Shown piece by piece: positions 26,555-43,018 of a DNA stretch of 64,000 nucleotides. Under the pieces are notes generated by a model. That model was not told the DNA's origin and did no database searches. It saw only the letters and a list, made by a program, of their open reading frames with translations. Source of the stretch: Camelus ferus (Eukaryota); contig NC_045701.1 of assembly GCF_009834535.1 (NCBI RefSeq), forward strand, positions 31,806,001 through 31,870,000, in the 5' to 3' direction. Positions within the stretch are counted from its first letter, which is position 1. Every line of letters starts with the position of its first letter. Position numbers and translations under genes: made by a program.

Positions 26555-27540
26555 AATCCACTCTGCCTCCCTATGTTATCCTCTTGTGCTCTCTTGTTCT
26601 GAGTCCATGAAAGACAAGCTGTCTTCCCTCTGATCATCAATAGGTTGCTCATAACCCCCATACAACATCTCCTGGGATGTATCTTTAATTGTGAGTCCAT
26701 TTTTACAAAGGTCAGAGTTAAGATGGAAAAGCCATTTCTTTTTAAGTTTCTTTTTTTCCCCTAATGGTCACAAGGGAATATTTGGTAGAAAATTTGAGTA
26801 AACCATTTTTGTGCTATAAGGTAATGAGAATAGCGAAAAAATGTACCTTTTCCATCTAAAATAAAATTACATGTTTAAATTCTAAAGCATTTGAGATTTC
26901 AGGTGTTAAATTTCACAGATGACTTGTCGATTGAGGAAAAGCTACTTATTTAGCTTTGAATCAAGCAGATCTCTTTAGTATTTTAAGCTGTTTCTGTTTA
27001 GTGAGATCCCAGAGGGGCCTCCCCATACAGTAAAATCTAACTTCCCCTGGCGCGAGGCTGGGAAGCTGTTCCTGACAGTCATTCATTACTACACCCGAGA
27101 ACATTTGAGAACAGTAGTGGAAGGAAATCTGGAGCCAGTCGGGAACGCGTCCTCAGAGACACTGGAGAGGGAAGTACCTGTGAGAGTTGGGATTTGAAAG
27201 AGGTTACAGAAAGGTAGAAGATAATGCAAAGGAAAATAGAAGGAAGAGAGGCACGCAGCATGGAATAGTACTCAAGGAAGAGTGAAGAAAAAGCTTTATG
27301 TTGTAGCAGGCGTGAAGGCAGATTAGATTTTAAAATAAAAAAAGTTATGAATTGGACTAATTATTACATGCAAAATAAATTGTATAAACAGCTTTAAAGA
27401 CCAGTAAAAAAGAATAAATACAACAAATCAAAATGCAATAAAATAAAAAATTATAAATAGATAAATGCAAAGAAAGAGGACAAAGAGGAGAAGAAAGATA
27501 GATGCCAGATAATGTGGGCAGAAGAAATGACAGAATTTGA

Positions 27541-27718
27541 CTACTGTGTAGCACAGGGAACTATATTCAATGGCTTGTAGTAACCTGTCATGAAAAAGAA
27601 TATGAAAAAGAATATATATGTATGTATAACTGAATCCCTATGCTGTACACCAGAAACGAATACAACATTGTAAATCAACTATACTTCAAAAACAGAAAGT
27701 TAAAAAAAAACAAAACGG
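27541..27718 (+). mobile_element. 5'-truncated young L1 3' end with 15-bp TSD, inside older L1ME-like sequence (about 27250-28610)
   Basis: Artiodactyl-type L1 3' UTR text (ctactgtgtagcacagggaactatattcaa...tgtaaatcaactatacttcaa) plus A tail; exact TSD AATGACAGAATTTGA at 27526-27540 and 27719-27733. Confidence 0.85.
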
Positions 27719-29234
27719 AATGACAGAATTTGAAAAACCAACTTTGCAATCACCAATGCCAAAACTGATTCAGGAAGAATCATCAATGGATGCTAAAACC
27801 AATGGGTGCAAGATTGTGGGAGTACAGGATATCCACATGATCTCAAATAATCATTCTACTTATCATTAGAGTTAATTAATTACTCATTAATTACAAAGAG
27901 CAAATATACCTTTATACTGGAGAAACCTAGCAAGCAAACTTCAGCATCACCGATAATGAAACAAACTGACCTTATGTGCCTCCAGGGGCAGTGCAATGGG
28001 ACGTGCACAGCATCGCCCAGGCAATGTTCTTGCTAAAAATGTTTAACCTGAATCTAATCAAGAGAAAAGCATCAGACAAGTCCAGATTGCACAGGACAAA
28101 TGATGGTCTGTACTCTTTAAAGTATAAATGTCATAAAAGACACATTCACATATGAGGGCCTATTCTAAATTAAAGGTAATTGAAAAGACATGATAATTAA
28201 ATGTGATGTGTGAGCCTTGATTGAATCCTGGATCAGGGGAAAAAAAGTATAATGGACATTATTGGGCCAGTCGGGGAATCTGAATACAGACAGAGTATTA
28301 GATAATATGACCATAGTAATGTTAAATTTCTTGGTGTGATAGTGGTACTGTGGTTTTGTAAGGGAGTATCTTAGTTCTTAAGAAGGAGACACATTTAGAG
28401 GTGAAGTGTCATGATCTCTGTAACTTTCAAATGATTCAGTAAAATACTTTCTTTTTCAGTAAAATATTTATTAATAAATAAATGGATAGATAGATATGAA
28501 GCAAATGTGGCAAAATAACAATTAGTGAACGTATATGAAGGGTATATGGATATTCATTGTACTATTTCAAATTTTCTGAAGTTTTGAAGCATTTCAAAAT
28601 TTAAAAATGGATAAAATTTTTTGCTTTAGATACTTAGATTCAGCCCTTTCTCAAGACAAGGAAATGGTCTCATGGACTCTGAGATTCTCTGATTTATTTT
28701 AGAACTCTGTTATAATGCTTCAGAGAATTCCAAAGTGCACTGTTAATGAACACCACCTAGGATGTCAAGGCATTTTGTTTAAACAGGTGGAAGAAAAAAT
28801 CAAGTGGCAACAATTCTAGATTTTGAAGGAAACCAAAGCCCAAAGAAAAGTGGCTTCTCTTCATTTTTGGGTGTGGAGTTGATGATACAAGTTACTCCCT
28901 TTTACCATCAACAATCAGTCAATTAGTCCTTCCCTGGTAAAGAGCAACTCACTCATGTACCTGACATCCAGGAACCAGGCTTGGGTCTTCCCTAAGCCTC
29001 TGCCCATGGACGGAAAAGAAAACAAAATTTAAACAAAATATGCTGAAGGAGATGACCTACAGAGCTATAGCTGGAGCTCGGTTTTGCAGGAGCTGACCGT
29101 ATTTTGTGTGAAACGAATCCTGCCATTGGCAGAGGAAGATGACAGGACTGCAGGATCCAGGCAGAGTGCGAATGGGCAGGAATGTGTCTCAAAACTGCCT
29201 TTTTTTTTTTTTTTTAAGCAGTCTAGGGTCTTGT

Positions 29235-29378
29235 TTTTTTTTTTCCCCAATTATTTCATCTATTGGGGGGGGTAGGTAATTCGGTTTATTTATTTATATT
29301 GACGGAGGTATTGAGGATTGAGTCCAGGACCTTGTGCATGCTAAGCGTGCACTCTGCTGCTGAGCTATATCCTCCCCC
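29235..29378 (-). mobile_element. Vic-1-like SINE
   Basis: Reverse-complement head and tail as in the other copies. Confidence 0.85.
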
Positions 29379-32300
29379 TCAAAACTGCTTTTTATGACAC
29401 TTCATTGTAGTCATTTATAAGGAGGGGGTGGCATAACATTTTTAAAAAATTCTGAAAGAAAGCAATCTTACTTTGTCTTAATTTAAATATTAATATAATG
29501 CTTCATAGTATGTCTAAGAGCAGAAAACAGCATCTTGAAATTTAACAGTAATAGAGAGTCACAGTGCTTAGAAGGGTAAGAATCACTGGCATAAAGACAC
29601 CATAGTGAAATCCTTCCTTCATTCATTCATTAAAAATACACTTACTACATTATCTCTAATGAGTAGCCTGCACCACGTTAGACCTTGGGGAAATAAACAA
29701 AACGAATAGTATAGTGAGTGTTTAACCGAAAAGGAAGACAGATGTCATGAAACAACCAGAGACCCTACATAGATGCTCTTGGATGTAGTGCATACAGTCA
29801 AGGACCACACGTGGGCTCTATTGACTCAAGCCTGATTCACCTTTATGTGCATTTTCTCTTTTGGAGGGTACTTAGAGAGGTAGGACTATGTTTAATCTGT
29901 TGTTCTGGTTTAAAATGCTCCACTGCTTTCTTTTCTATAGGTTAAGCGGTGAGTGCAGCCTCAAGACTCAAGAGAAACAGAGTGACTATGAGCCCTCCCA
30001 CAGAACCCTGGTGCTCAGGGGATTCCCTCTAAACAGACAACCCTGCACATCACTACTCCAGATGAGCTGCCATGAGAAAAGGGCCTGTGCATTGTGAAAC
30101 TCTGTATGTACAGGGAAGCTTGGAATGTCTGTTTTGTGAACCTAAAAATAAAACATTAAAAGGTACTGAATCTGTGATCCTGCCTCACTTACCCTGCTCC
30201 TCTTATGAAAGAGGTTTCTACTTTTCTGTCTTCCCGGCTGGGTTGAGAAGGTGGTTCTGAGAGAGCCCAAACCTTCTTTCCAACCTTGCACAAGCAGGGT
30301 GGACATGGGGAGAGTCTTGCAGAATGTAACTGACTGTGATAGTACAGGGGCAGCACGCAGAGGGGCACGTGTGCATTATGTATGGCTGGAGAAATGATCT
30401 GTCTCCAGGGGGACATGTTTCACTGCGCATTAGCTTCTAGCCGCTTCCTTCCTCCCTATTTCTCTGCCCACTCTCTCTGTCACTGTCCTTTGGAGTCCCC
30501 TTCCCACTCCCTGACCCACGCCCCTCACAGTCCAGCTCTGCCCATCAATGTCTCCATCCATCTTCTCTGCCCCGTCCATCTCACCCTCTCCTCTTAGCTC
30601 AGTCTCACTCTTGCTATCCAGGAGTTGCTTTTCTGCTTCTGTCTCTCATTTGTCTCTTGTCTTCTCTAGCTCACTTTCTCACAGTCCATCTGTGTTTCCC
30701 TCTGTAATACCAGCTTTTTGGGTACCCTGCAGCTAGAGATAACCTTTTCTTGTTACGTTAAAGTCCATAAGCAGCACTTGGTTTATTGATTGATTAGGTT
30801 TTATTTAAATTCTGCGGAGGGAAGAAAAGGGAATTTTTATAAAGAGAGAGCAGTGAGAAAACATGAAATCAAGCAAAGGGAGAATGGAAAAAAGGCGCAG
30901 CCTGAGAGGAGGTGGCAGGGGAGTTGCGGGGTGGGCATTAGAAGAGGTTGAACCCAAGGTGTCTTTATTTCCTTTCAAATAAACTGGGTTGGATATTCAT
31001 GGCTGATGACAGCTAAGTCTGGGTCATAAAGGGTTAAGCATCAAGTTAGGCCTGGCACCTAATGCAGAGGCAAAGCTTTAGGGAGAAATGAGTTGGGTTA
31101 AATAAACCCAAGAAGCTGATGTGGGTAGAATTTCTTCTGCCTGACCCATTAACAACTGCGAATGGGACATTTTAGAAATAATTGTTACTGAAATGCTTCA
31201 GTGGGGCATAGCCCCGGGAAGCAAGAACTTGGCTCTGAGGCCAGGCCTGGGGTGCACTGCAGGGATGCATGCGGACAGTAGGCTGAAGGGGGCAGGGCGG
31301 CCTGGGTCAGGCAGCGGGTGGGAGCAGCTGCTGATCAGGGCAGTTCTGATTGCTGGGTTTGCTCTCTCCTCTTGCCCGTTATAATTAAAGCTTTCCCAGT
31401 ATGATTCTGGCTTCCTAAAGGGGAGCTAGAATTTAAAAAACAAACAGGAAAACAAACAAAAAAAACAGCAGAGATGCTTGGTTGCCATATACGTATGTTT
31501 TAAATCATAATGCTCTTAATCCTGTCTTGAGGTTACTGCTGCTGGTCAGTTTCAAAGCACCTAATCTACTGCTGGAGCCCTAGTAGGAGGGGCTCTTAAC
31601 AGAACAATCAAAACAAACGGAAAATGAAATACTTAACTGTACTCACCAAATCACATGTGCTCATGTAAAATCATCATTGACCCAACCAGCCAACGCTCCC
31701 CTAGTTTCCCTCCACCTTTCTTTACTTTACTGCCTTTCCATCCACCTCTTGCTCTCTCCCCTGACAGACCATACAGAACCCGTGGACCAGAATAAATCAG
31801 TTGTTTTATTTCCCCTCAAAGGATGTAACTTTCCACTCCCCAAATGGCTTTGACAGTTTTCTCATTTGCTAGCTGAGGAGGATATCAAGAGACATTGACC
31901 TTCTGGTTTTGCCTAAAGAGGCAACACTCAGTAACTATCAGGCTTCAGTCCCTGATTTGCTTTAACTAAGTCCTTCCTCCCTCCTCCTCATGTTCTCACC
32001 TACCTTTTTGCCTTCCCTCATGGACATTCTACTCACCCCATGGGGCACTGCTGCTCCCTGTAGCCTTCCCTTGCCTGGTGTGGAGATGCCAGAGGCCCAC
32101 CTGTCTTCAACCCCACAGCATCCCCTACCAGCAAGAGAAAGCTTGGGGCCCCTGGGAGTGTTTGGTCTCTATTTAATCAGATTAGTCCCATCACCTACCT
32201 GGAGGAGTCAGATTTTGGTGTTACTAAGCTATCTGTGGAAGGAGGAGAAATTGTCAGACATCACTTAAAAAGCCCTGGCCCTTGGATGCNNNNNNNNNNN

Positions 32301-34618
32301 NNNNNNNNNNNNNNNNNNNNNNNNNNNNNNNNNNNNNNNNNNNNNNNNNNNNNNNNNNNNNNNNNNNNNNNNNNNNNNNNNNNNNNNNNNNNNNNNNNNN
32401 NNNNNNNNNNNNNNNNNNNNNCATCTCTCCAACGCCATGCAGCATCCATCATCCCCAAACAAGCAGAGACACAGAACATCACTGCAAAGCCAGCTCCCCA
32501 CCAGTCCCAGCGTCAAGAAGCTGCGACTGCAGGGTGGGTATCATTGGGCCTAGAGACCTGCAGTTTTCCTCCGCCTCTGCTCTACTTTTCCAGAAAACCC
32601 ACCACAAATTGACCTTTTCCAGTGAGCGAGTCTTTCTCTTATCCAGGATCTATGAAGGCAGAGACACAGGGATATGCCAAAACACGAGACTGTAGGTTGT
32701 ATGTCTTCTTGCCTGAACATAGGCTCAGCCAGTGCAAAAGAGGTATTTACATTAAACAGCTAGCCCACTGCAAAGCCAGGTGTGAGACAGCAACAGGGCA
32801 AGGATAGTATTGTTTCCAGATAATCTCTTCTCTCCAGACTAAATTTTCTGTCATGGGCTAAGAGACCACGGAGTCTCATGCTCTCTGGGGTCCTATAAAA
32901 GAATTCCAGTCTTCAGCTCTTTTCACCCTCAAGGTTATTTCCTATGGCAGTTATTTTCAAATTCCTTGGGGTTCTAAGAAGTGCCAGGGAGTATGTGTAT
33001 GTATGGGGTATGTGTGGGAAATGGCTGGAGGCTGAGGCACTAGACCCTCAACTCGACTTCAGTCTGATTTGATTTCTTCCAGGGGCTGGGATTTCTCTTA
33101 AGAGTTCATTTTTAAAAAAAGTGTTCTGAATTTTTTTTTTTTTTTTAGTTCTAGTTTTTTAAAAGGTCTGCAAACCACTGTCCTAAATGAGAGGAAGACG
33201 ACTGTCTGTGCCCTGTCATAGCCAGGCACCTGCCGAAGGCTGCACAGAAGGGGGCTGCTGCGTGGCTCCTGCCTGCTGATTGTCGAACAGGTCCAGGTCC
33301 ATGCTGGCAACTCCCCGACTCCAGGGGCAGTGGAGGCACTTTTCAGCAAAATGAATCTCCTCAGGTATGAGAGTCATTTGTTTTCCAAACTCCCTTCTCC
33401 GATCTCACTAATTCCCAATTTCCCTGCATTTGACAAATGCAATTAACAAGCCTCGATCAGTTCCTGGCCAACAGCCCTCATCAATCAATACAGACGGTGA
33501 GAGGCTGATGGGGGGAGGGAAGGTGCGCGAAGGGAAGGTAGCTGTGGTGTGGGGGACAAGAGGCTTTACCCCTCAGTTTCTGTGGATGACCCTACCCAAA
33601 CTCTCAGCCTCAAAACAGGACACTGTGTTGTCACCCTCACCACTTTCTCCCTTCTTGCAAATCAATACAAAGCAGTGTTGTTTATGCCTTCCTCTCCCAT
33701 TTTTTGAAGGTTTCTCTCAACCTCCTCCATCTCCCCTATGTCAAGGTCTTCTCTTTAACAGAAGGCCTTGCCATTTGCTGCCACGGGGTTTGAGAAGCCC
33801 CTCAGTGCTGGGTGTGATAAATCAGCCATCTCTCTGCTCTCAGCAGGACCTCTTCCCCACCCACACGTTCCAGTGACAATTTGGTATTGCTTCCTGCCCA
33901 GGAGGCTGTAAGTCCACCATCATCTCCATCTCCCACACAAACACACTGGAGGGCCAAAAGGACAAGGATCACCAACCTAGTGGTCACTACTGCTTTCACA
34001 CATACCTCTTTACCCTCTTCCCAGGGTCAAAGCCCAACTGGTTTACCTTCCTAACTGGTTCACCCTCTTCTGCCCTGCATGTAGCATTGGCCTCCCTTCC
34101 CCCACCACAGGAGGAGAGCTTTCTCCTCCGCAGCTCTGCCTGGTACAGCCCTGTGCATCTTTCCACCTCATCAACTTTTCATCTCTTTGCAAACANNNNN
34201 NNNNNNNNNNNNNNNNNNNNNNNNNNNNNNNNNNNNNNNNNNNNNNNNNNNNNNNNNNNNNNNNNNNNNNNNNNNNNNNNNNNNNNNNNNNNNNNNNNNN
34301 NNNNNNNNNNNNNNNNNNNNNNNNNNNNNNNNNNNCCTGGCTTATTTAACTGTAAAGTGCTTAGAGGAGGGACAGTGTGGACAAAAGACACAACACGGGC
34401 TGAGGTCAAGTAGTGTAATGTTAACATCCAAGAAAGTAAAACAAATAATTACTTCTGCAGCAGCTCATTAACTGGTAACACATAGAGGTCAATGCACCAG
34501 AGCTTTAAAAAAAATGATCGATACAATAAGGGACCCCTTCACTAGAGGATGGCGAGCTATATCCACATTACCAACAACAGTCAGCCCAGGAAATGCAAGC
34601 AACCACACCCACCCTCCT

Positions 34619-38242
<3,624 letters not shown>

Positions 38243-40199
38243 GTCTACTAAGGGCAAAGGGAACTGCCTGCCAGAACGCCTAGCAAAAAACGACCGGGCA
38301 ACGCCTCACCGTCCCGGCTTCACTCCCTATTAAATCCATCCCTGGGAGGAGCCATTTTAACTCCTGGCAGCCACGCCTCCAAAAGGAAGAGGCAGATGCA
38401 AGTGACTGTTTTCACCGAGGAGGAAAAAATAAATGACTTCACTACCCGTAAATTATGAAGGGATGTGGCTGCCATCTTAACTCTGGTCACGCAAGCAGCA
38501 CGGGATTAGATTAACCTCAAATTCATAGGAAGCAACTGAAAATGTCCATGTTGAGGGAGGGAAGCGGGGGCGGCCATCTTTGAGAAGGGCGTGACTGGTT
38601 GAAAATCTGTTCTTAACCGGTAGCGATAGATCGGCCCCGCCCCGCCCGGTGTCCAAGTAACTCTAACTTCTACTGCTTCAGCACTCTATTAACGCGCCTG
38701 AAGTTTCCATTTTGTTTAAGGGCACTCTAATACTAAGTAAAATAATGCTCTATTCTGAGATCATTTTCCTATGAAGTTAGTTAAACCACAGTAATTTGTG
38801 CTAAAAAGCGCAACAAAATAAATGTGCTGTATCACTTGTTGTATGATAGCATCAGTCGCCACACTAGCCACGTTCTCTAACAGTAACCAATTTTTAAGAT
38901 TGTCTTTACTCCCAACCTCTGGTGGAAGTTCTAACAAGTAATGGATTGACCCAAAGGCAGGCAGAAGAATTAAAAAAGGGAAGGCAAAGGGCCCAGTTAA
39001 TCTACAGATTGGATTCTCAGTTCAGTTACTGAATAACTGAGTCAATAGTAATTTACCATTTCAGAGCCTGGAGGAGAGCTGAAGCTCCATAAAGATGTAC
39101 CAAGAGGTTCTCTGACATGAGCTTGCTAAGACGAGCTCTTTTTCAGTTATGTGCTATATTTGATTGTCTCTCCCTCTCTCCACCCACCTTCATTTTTGAA
39201 CCCTCTTGGGAACCATAACAAGCAAGGAAGTGGGCAAATGTATGAAATGTTGCCTCCTGCCTTATGGTTCTATGAAGTCAGTGTCTGGCCTTCCTTGTTG
39301 GATTCCAGCAGCAATATCCGTCAATATCTAAATTCTACTTTCCTCTTGATGCCCAACTCAGCCCCTCCTCTTCCCAGCAGACTCTGCATGTGTTGCATTT
39401 TTAATACTGAGATTTGGCAACCCTTTCCAAGCCCAACCATCAGAATGTAATGAAGCAGAAGATCTTTATGTGGGTCTCACACTTGGATGGTGTGGAAAAT
39501 GCAAAATGCCACTGTTTATTGAGCACATACTATTTTGCAGTCACACTCGCAGTGCAGCTAGTCCTCCTGACTTCTCTCAGTGGTTCTTTCACCGCCACTA
39601 ATGGCATTTGTACCTCTCTTAAGGCACTTTCACATTTTACCTGGTTATACGTATACATTTATCTTCTGCTGGATTGTGAGCTTTTAAAGACAGGCATTTC
39701 TCTACTATTCATCTCTGAGCCCACTGTATGCTTCATACATGTTTGCCAAAAAAATACATGAAAGAATGACAATAATGTTCTCCCAGTCACGGAGACTTGG
39801 AGCTCTGGCTGATCTTTGACAACTCCCCTTCCTTTCCTCCATATCCAGTAAGTTGCCAAGTCCAGTTGAATCTTCCTCTACAACACTTCTCACATTCTTT
39901 TTTATTGCAACCTAATACCACCTCTGGCTTCTTATCTCCTCACTCCTGAACTACTGAAATAATCTTCTAATTTTTCTGGGCCCAAACTGTACTCTCTAAT
40001 TTATTCTGCACAGCACCAGATTGATTTTCCTAAAACACCATCTTGATCTTATCACTTGCCTGCTTAAAAATGGTCTGTAAGTTTCAGCTCCTCATGGCAT
40101 TCAAGGCCTTCCATGACCTGTTCCCAATTTACCTTACATTAGTTCTCTGCTCCAAGACCCCTACTCAGGGAGACCTCAAAAATGAGAGGTACAAATGAT

Positions 40200-41090
40200 A
40201 AGTGCTGCTCTTGGTGGGAATATAAATTGGTGTAGCCACTATGGAAAATACTATGGAGGTTCCTCAAAAGGTTAAAAATAGAAGTTCCATATGATCTAGT
40301 AATCTCATGTCTGGATACTTACCCAAAGGAATTGAAGTCACTATCTGGTAGAGATATCTGCACCCCAGTGTTCATTGCAGTGTTCTTCACAATAGCCAAG
40401 ACATGGAAACAAAATCCATCATCAATGGTTGAGTGGATAAATAAAGTGTTACATATGTGGTGGAATATTATTCAGCCACAAAAAGAAGGAAATCTTGTCA
40501 TTTGTGACTACGTGGACGAAACTTGAGGTCATTATGCTAAGTGAAAGTATTCAGGTGGAGAACGAAAAATACTGAATAATCTTACCGATATGCAGAATCT
40601 AACAAAGCCGAACTCTTAGAAACAGGAAGTGTATTGGAGGTTGCCAGAGGCAAAAAGTATACAAACTTTCAGTTATAAGAGGAGTCAGTTCTGGGAATCT
40701 AATGTACAGCATGGAAACTATAGTTAACAATCCTCTTGTATACTTGGAAGTTGCTAAGATTATAGATCTTAAACGTTCTTACCACAGCAGCAACAAAAAT
40801 GGTAATTATGTGAGATGAAAAATTTGTTTTTTTTTCTTTTTCGTGGGGGGACGTAATTAGGTTTATTTATTTATTTATAAATGGAGGTATTTCAGGTTGA
40901 ACCCCAGGCCTCGAGCATGCTGGCACTCAACCATTGAGCTATATACCCTCCCCACCAGGATTTGTTAACTAACCTTATTGTGGTAAACATTTTGCAGTAT
41001 ACACACATACACATACATCTATCAAATCATCACATTGTACACCTTAAACTTACACAATGTTACATGTCAGTCATATCTCAATATTGGCAG
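40200..41090 (+). mobile_element. Old L1 (L1M-type) ORF2 end and 3' UTR fragment
   Basis: ggtgggaatataaattggtgtagccactatggaaaa...gcagtgttcttcacaatagccaag...; boundaries approximate. Confidence 0.8.
40825..40953 (-). mobile_element. Vic-1-like SINE nested in an L1 fragment
   Basis: Reverse-complement SINE interrupting L1 3' sequence. Confidence 0.8.
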
Positions 41091-43018
41091 AAGGAAACAA
41101 TAAGTGCTTTAGTTCAGAGGTGGGAGAGGAGGTCAGTATAAATTGGGGTGAGGTTGGGGGTTCAGGAAGTCTTAGCCAAGGAGGTCTGGATTCGTTTCTT
41201 TAAATACCACTTGGATCCCATTGGTCCTCAAACCTACAGCCTCTCCTCTCTCAGCTCGTACCTGGGAAGGATTTTCAGAATAGGTTATCCTTAAGCCAGA
41301 CTTGGAAAGATAGGATTCAGAAAGATGGAGAGCTGGGAAACGTGTTAGAAATAGTGTGAAAAGAGGTTGTGGTCGATGGATTAGGATTGGAGAGTGGTGG
41401 GCCTTAAATGCCAGCCTGGGCTGGAGAAGGTGGATTTGATCTAGTAGCCCGTCAAAGTTTCTTAGTAGAAGAGACGTGGGGTTTGAGGGTTACCTTAGGA
41501 AATCATGATGCTGTGGAGGATAAGATTAGAGGGGGACGCTGGAGGGTGGCCAATTACTAGACCACTCATCTGTCCCGATCTGACTTAATAATGGCCTGAC
41601 CTAGGGATGTGGCCAGCCATCCACATATAAAGAGTCTAAGACTACGACTTAGTCTCTGTTTAGAGACATTCTTATCTCTTCAGGAAGATCCCCATGTGTT
41701 CCTACACAAAGGACTGGCTGGACCTTAGTGTGACCTCCTGGTTTCTCCAGTCTTCCCATGACACGTTACACTTGCCCTTAGTCCTGAGACTCCAGGAAAC
41801 TATGATGCCACAGCCCTAACATCATGGTGTCTGGAGGGTCTGGGCTCTTTCCTTTGCGTGTAGTTCTGTTGCTTTGAATAAACACCTTCCCACCACACCC
41901 TTTTGAGCTATAATGTTCAGTAAAATATACTCTATATGGTGCTGGGAGTGTTGTAGCTTGTCACTCTGCCCCAATCTACTTTGTCTTAATGAAAGGCCAG
42001 CTGTCAGGGTCCACCCCTAGTTGGTCTAAGACTTAGATGCAGCATTATGGTGTCAAAGTCAGTCGTTTCTCCTGCCTTGGAAATACAAACCAGTTTTTTG
42101 CCCTTGTGAACTATTGGGCAGAAGGGGGACTAGGAGAGAGAAAGTCACTAGATCCTTTCATCTACATCTTCAGAACCTTAACACCAGTTAGAGAAGCTAC
42201 ACTGCCGGAGAGCTGTCAGGAATGCCATCTCTGTATGCAGATGGAAGGCCATGTTCACCCCCAAGGCAGAGGAGAAAAAGACCTCCAGGTTCCAGTTCCC
42301 CTTCACCTGGCCCCACAGTACCCTGCCTTTCTGAAGGTATCTCAGCACCCCATACAAGGCTCTCTTGCTCTAGTCCGTTTCTCTTTCCCCACCTTGACCT
42401 AGAAGTGAAAGTGTGAGCTGAGCGTTGTTCCCTGGGCCCATCTCCTTGAGGAGAGAGCTCAGCATCAGGGACCCGGGCCGTGGTGGGGCCACGGCTCTCT
42501 ACTCTCACTGCGCCGTTGCGCTGACTTGTCTTCACTTTTTCCCAGGCTGGGAGCCCATTCCGGGAAGCACAGGGCCTTATTTATCTTTGCCTGCCCAGTG
42601 CCCCTCACAGGAAAAACAGAAGGAACCCAGCTCTGCTCCTTCCACTGGCGCCTCTTTTCCTTTCCAGTGACCCAGCCCCCATCCAGCTCCAGGTGCTTGG
42701 AGGGTGATGGACAGGAGACTCCTTGGGTGACACTCAGGCATGTCATGGGCAGCGTCCCCCCAGCGCTGGAGACTACTGGTCTCCCTCCTGTCTCCCGTCA
42801 GCAGCCCTGGGGAGGGGTGGGGGTTGGGGAGGGCGTTCTGCTCCATCAGCCAGTCCCAAAGCCAGATTTGGAGTTAGGTAGAAGTGAAGCCACAGATCAC
42901 AAGCCTTCGTTGCTGGTTCTGGCTACAGCCCAGCTTCTCCTTAGTGTCTCTCTTTCCACACCTGACCCAGCTCACAAATCTCTGCGTCGCTCCTTTCAAC
43001 CTTTACTTGGCTCCAGGG

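Noticed and set aside
34336-34618. PSMB5 polyA signal
   Set aside because: No canonical hexamer is visible before gap 34196-34335, so it was not called.
42884-43018. 45-aa N-terminal extension of PSMB11 in the ORF track
   Set aside because: It starts at GTG; the recognisable protein begins at ATG 43019.
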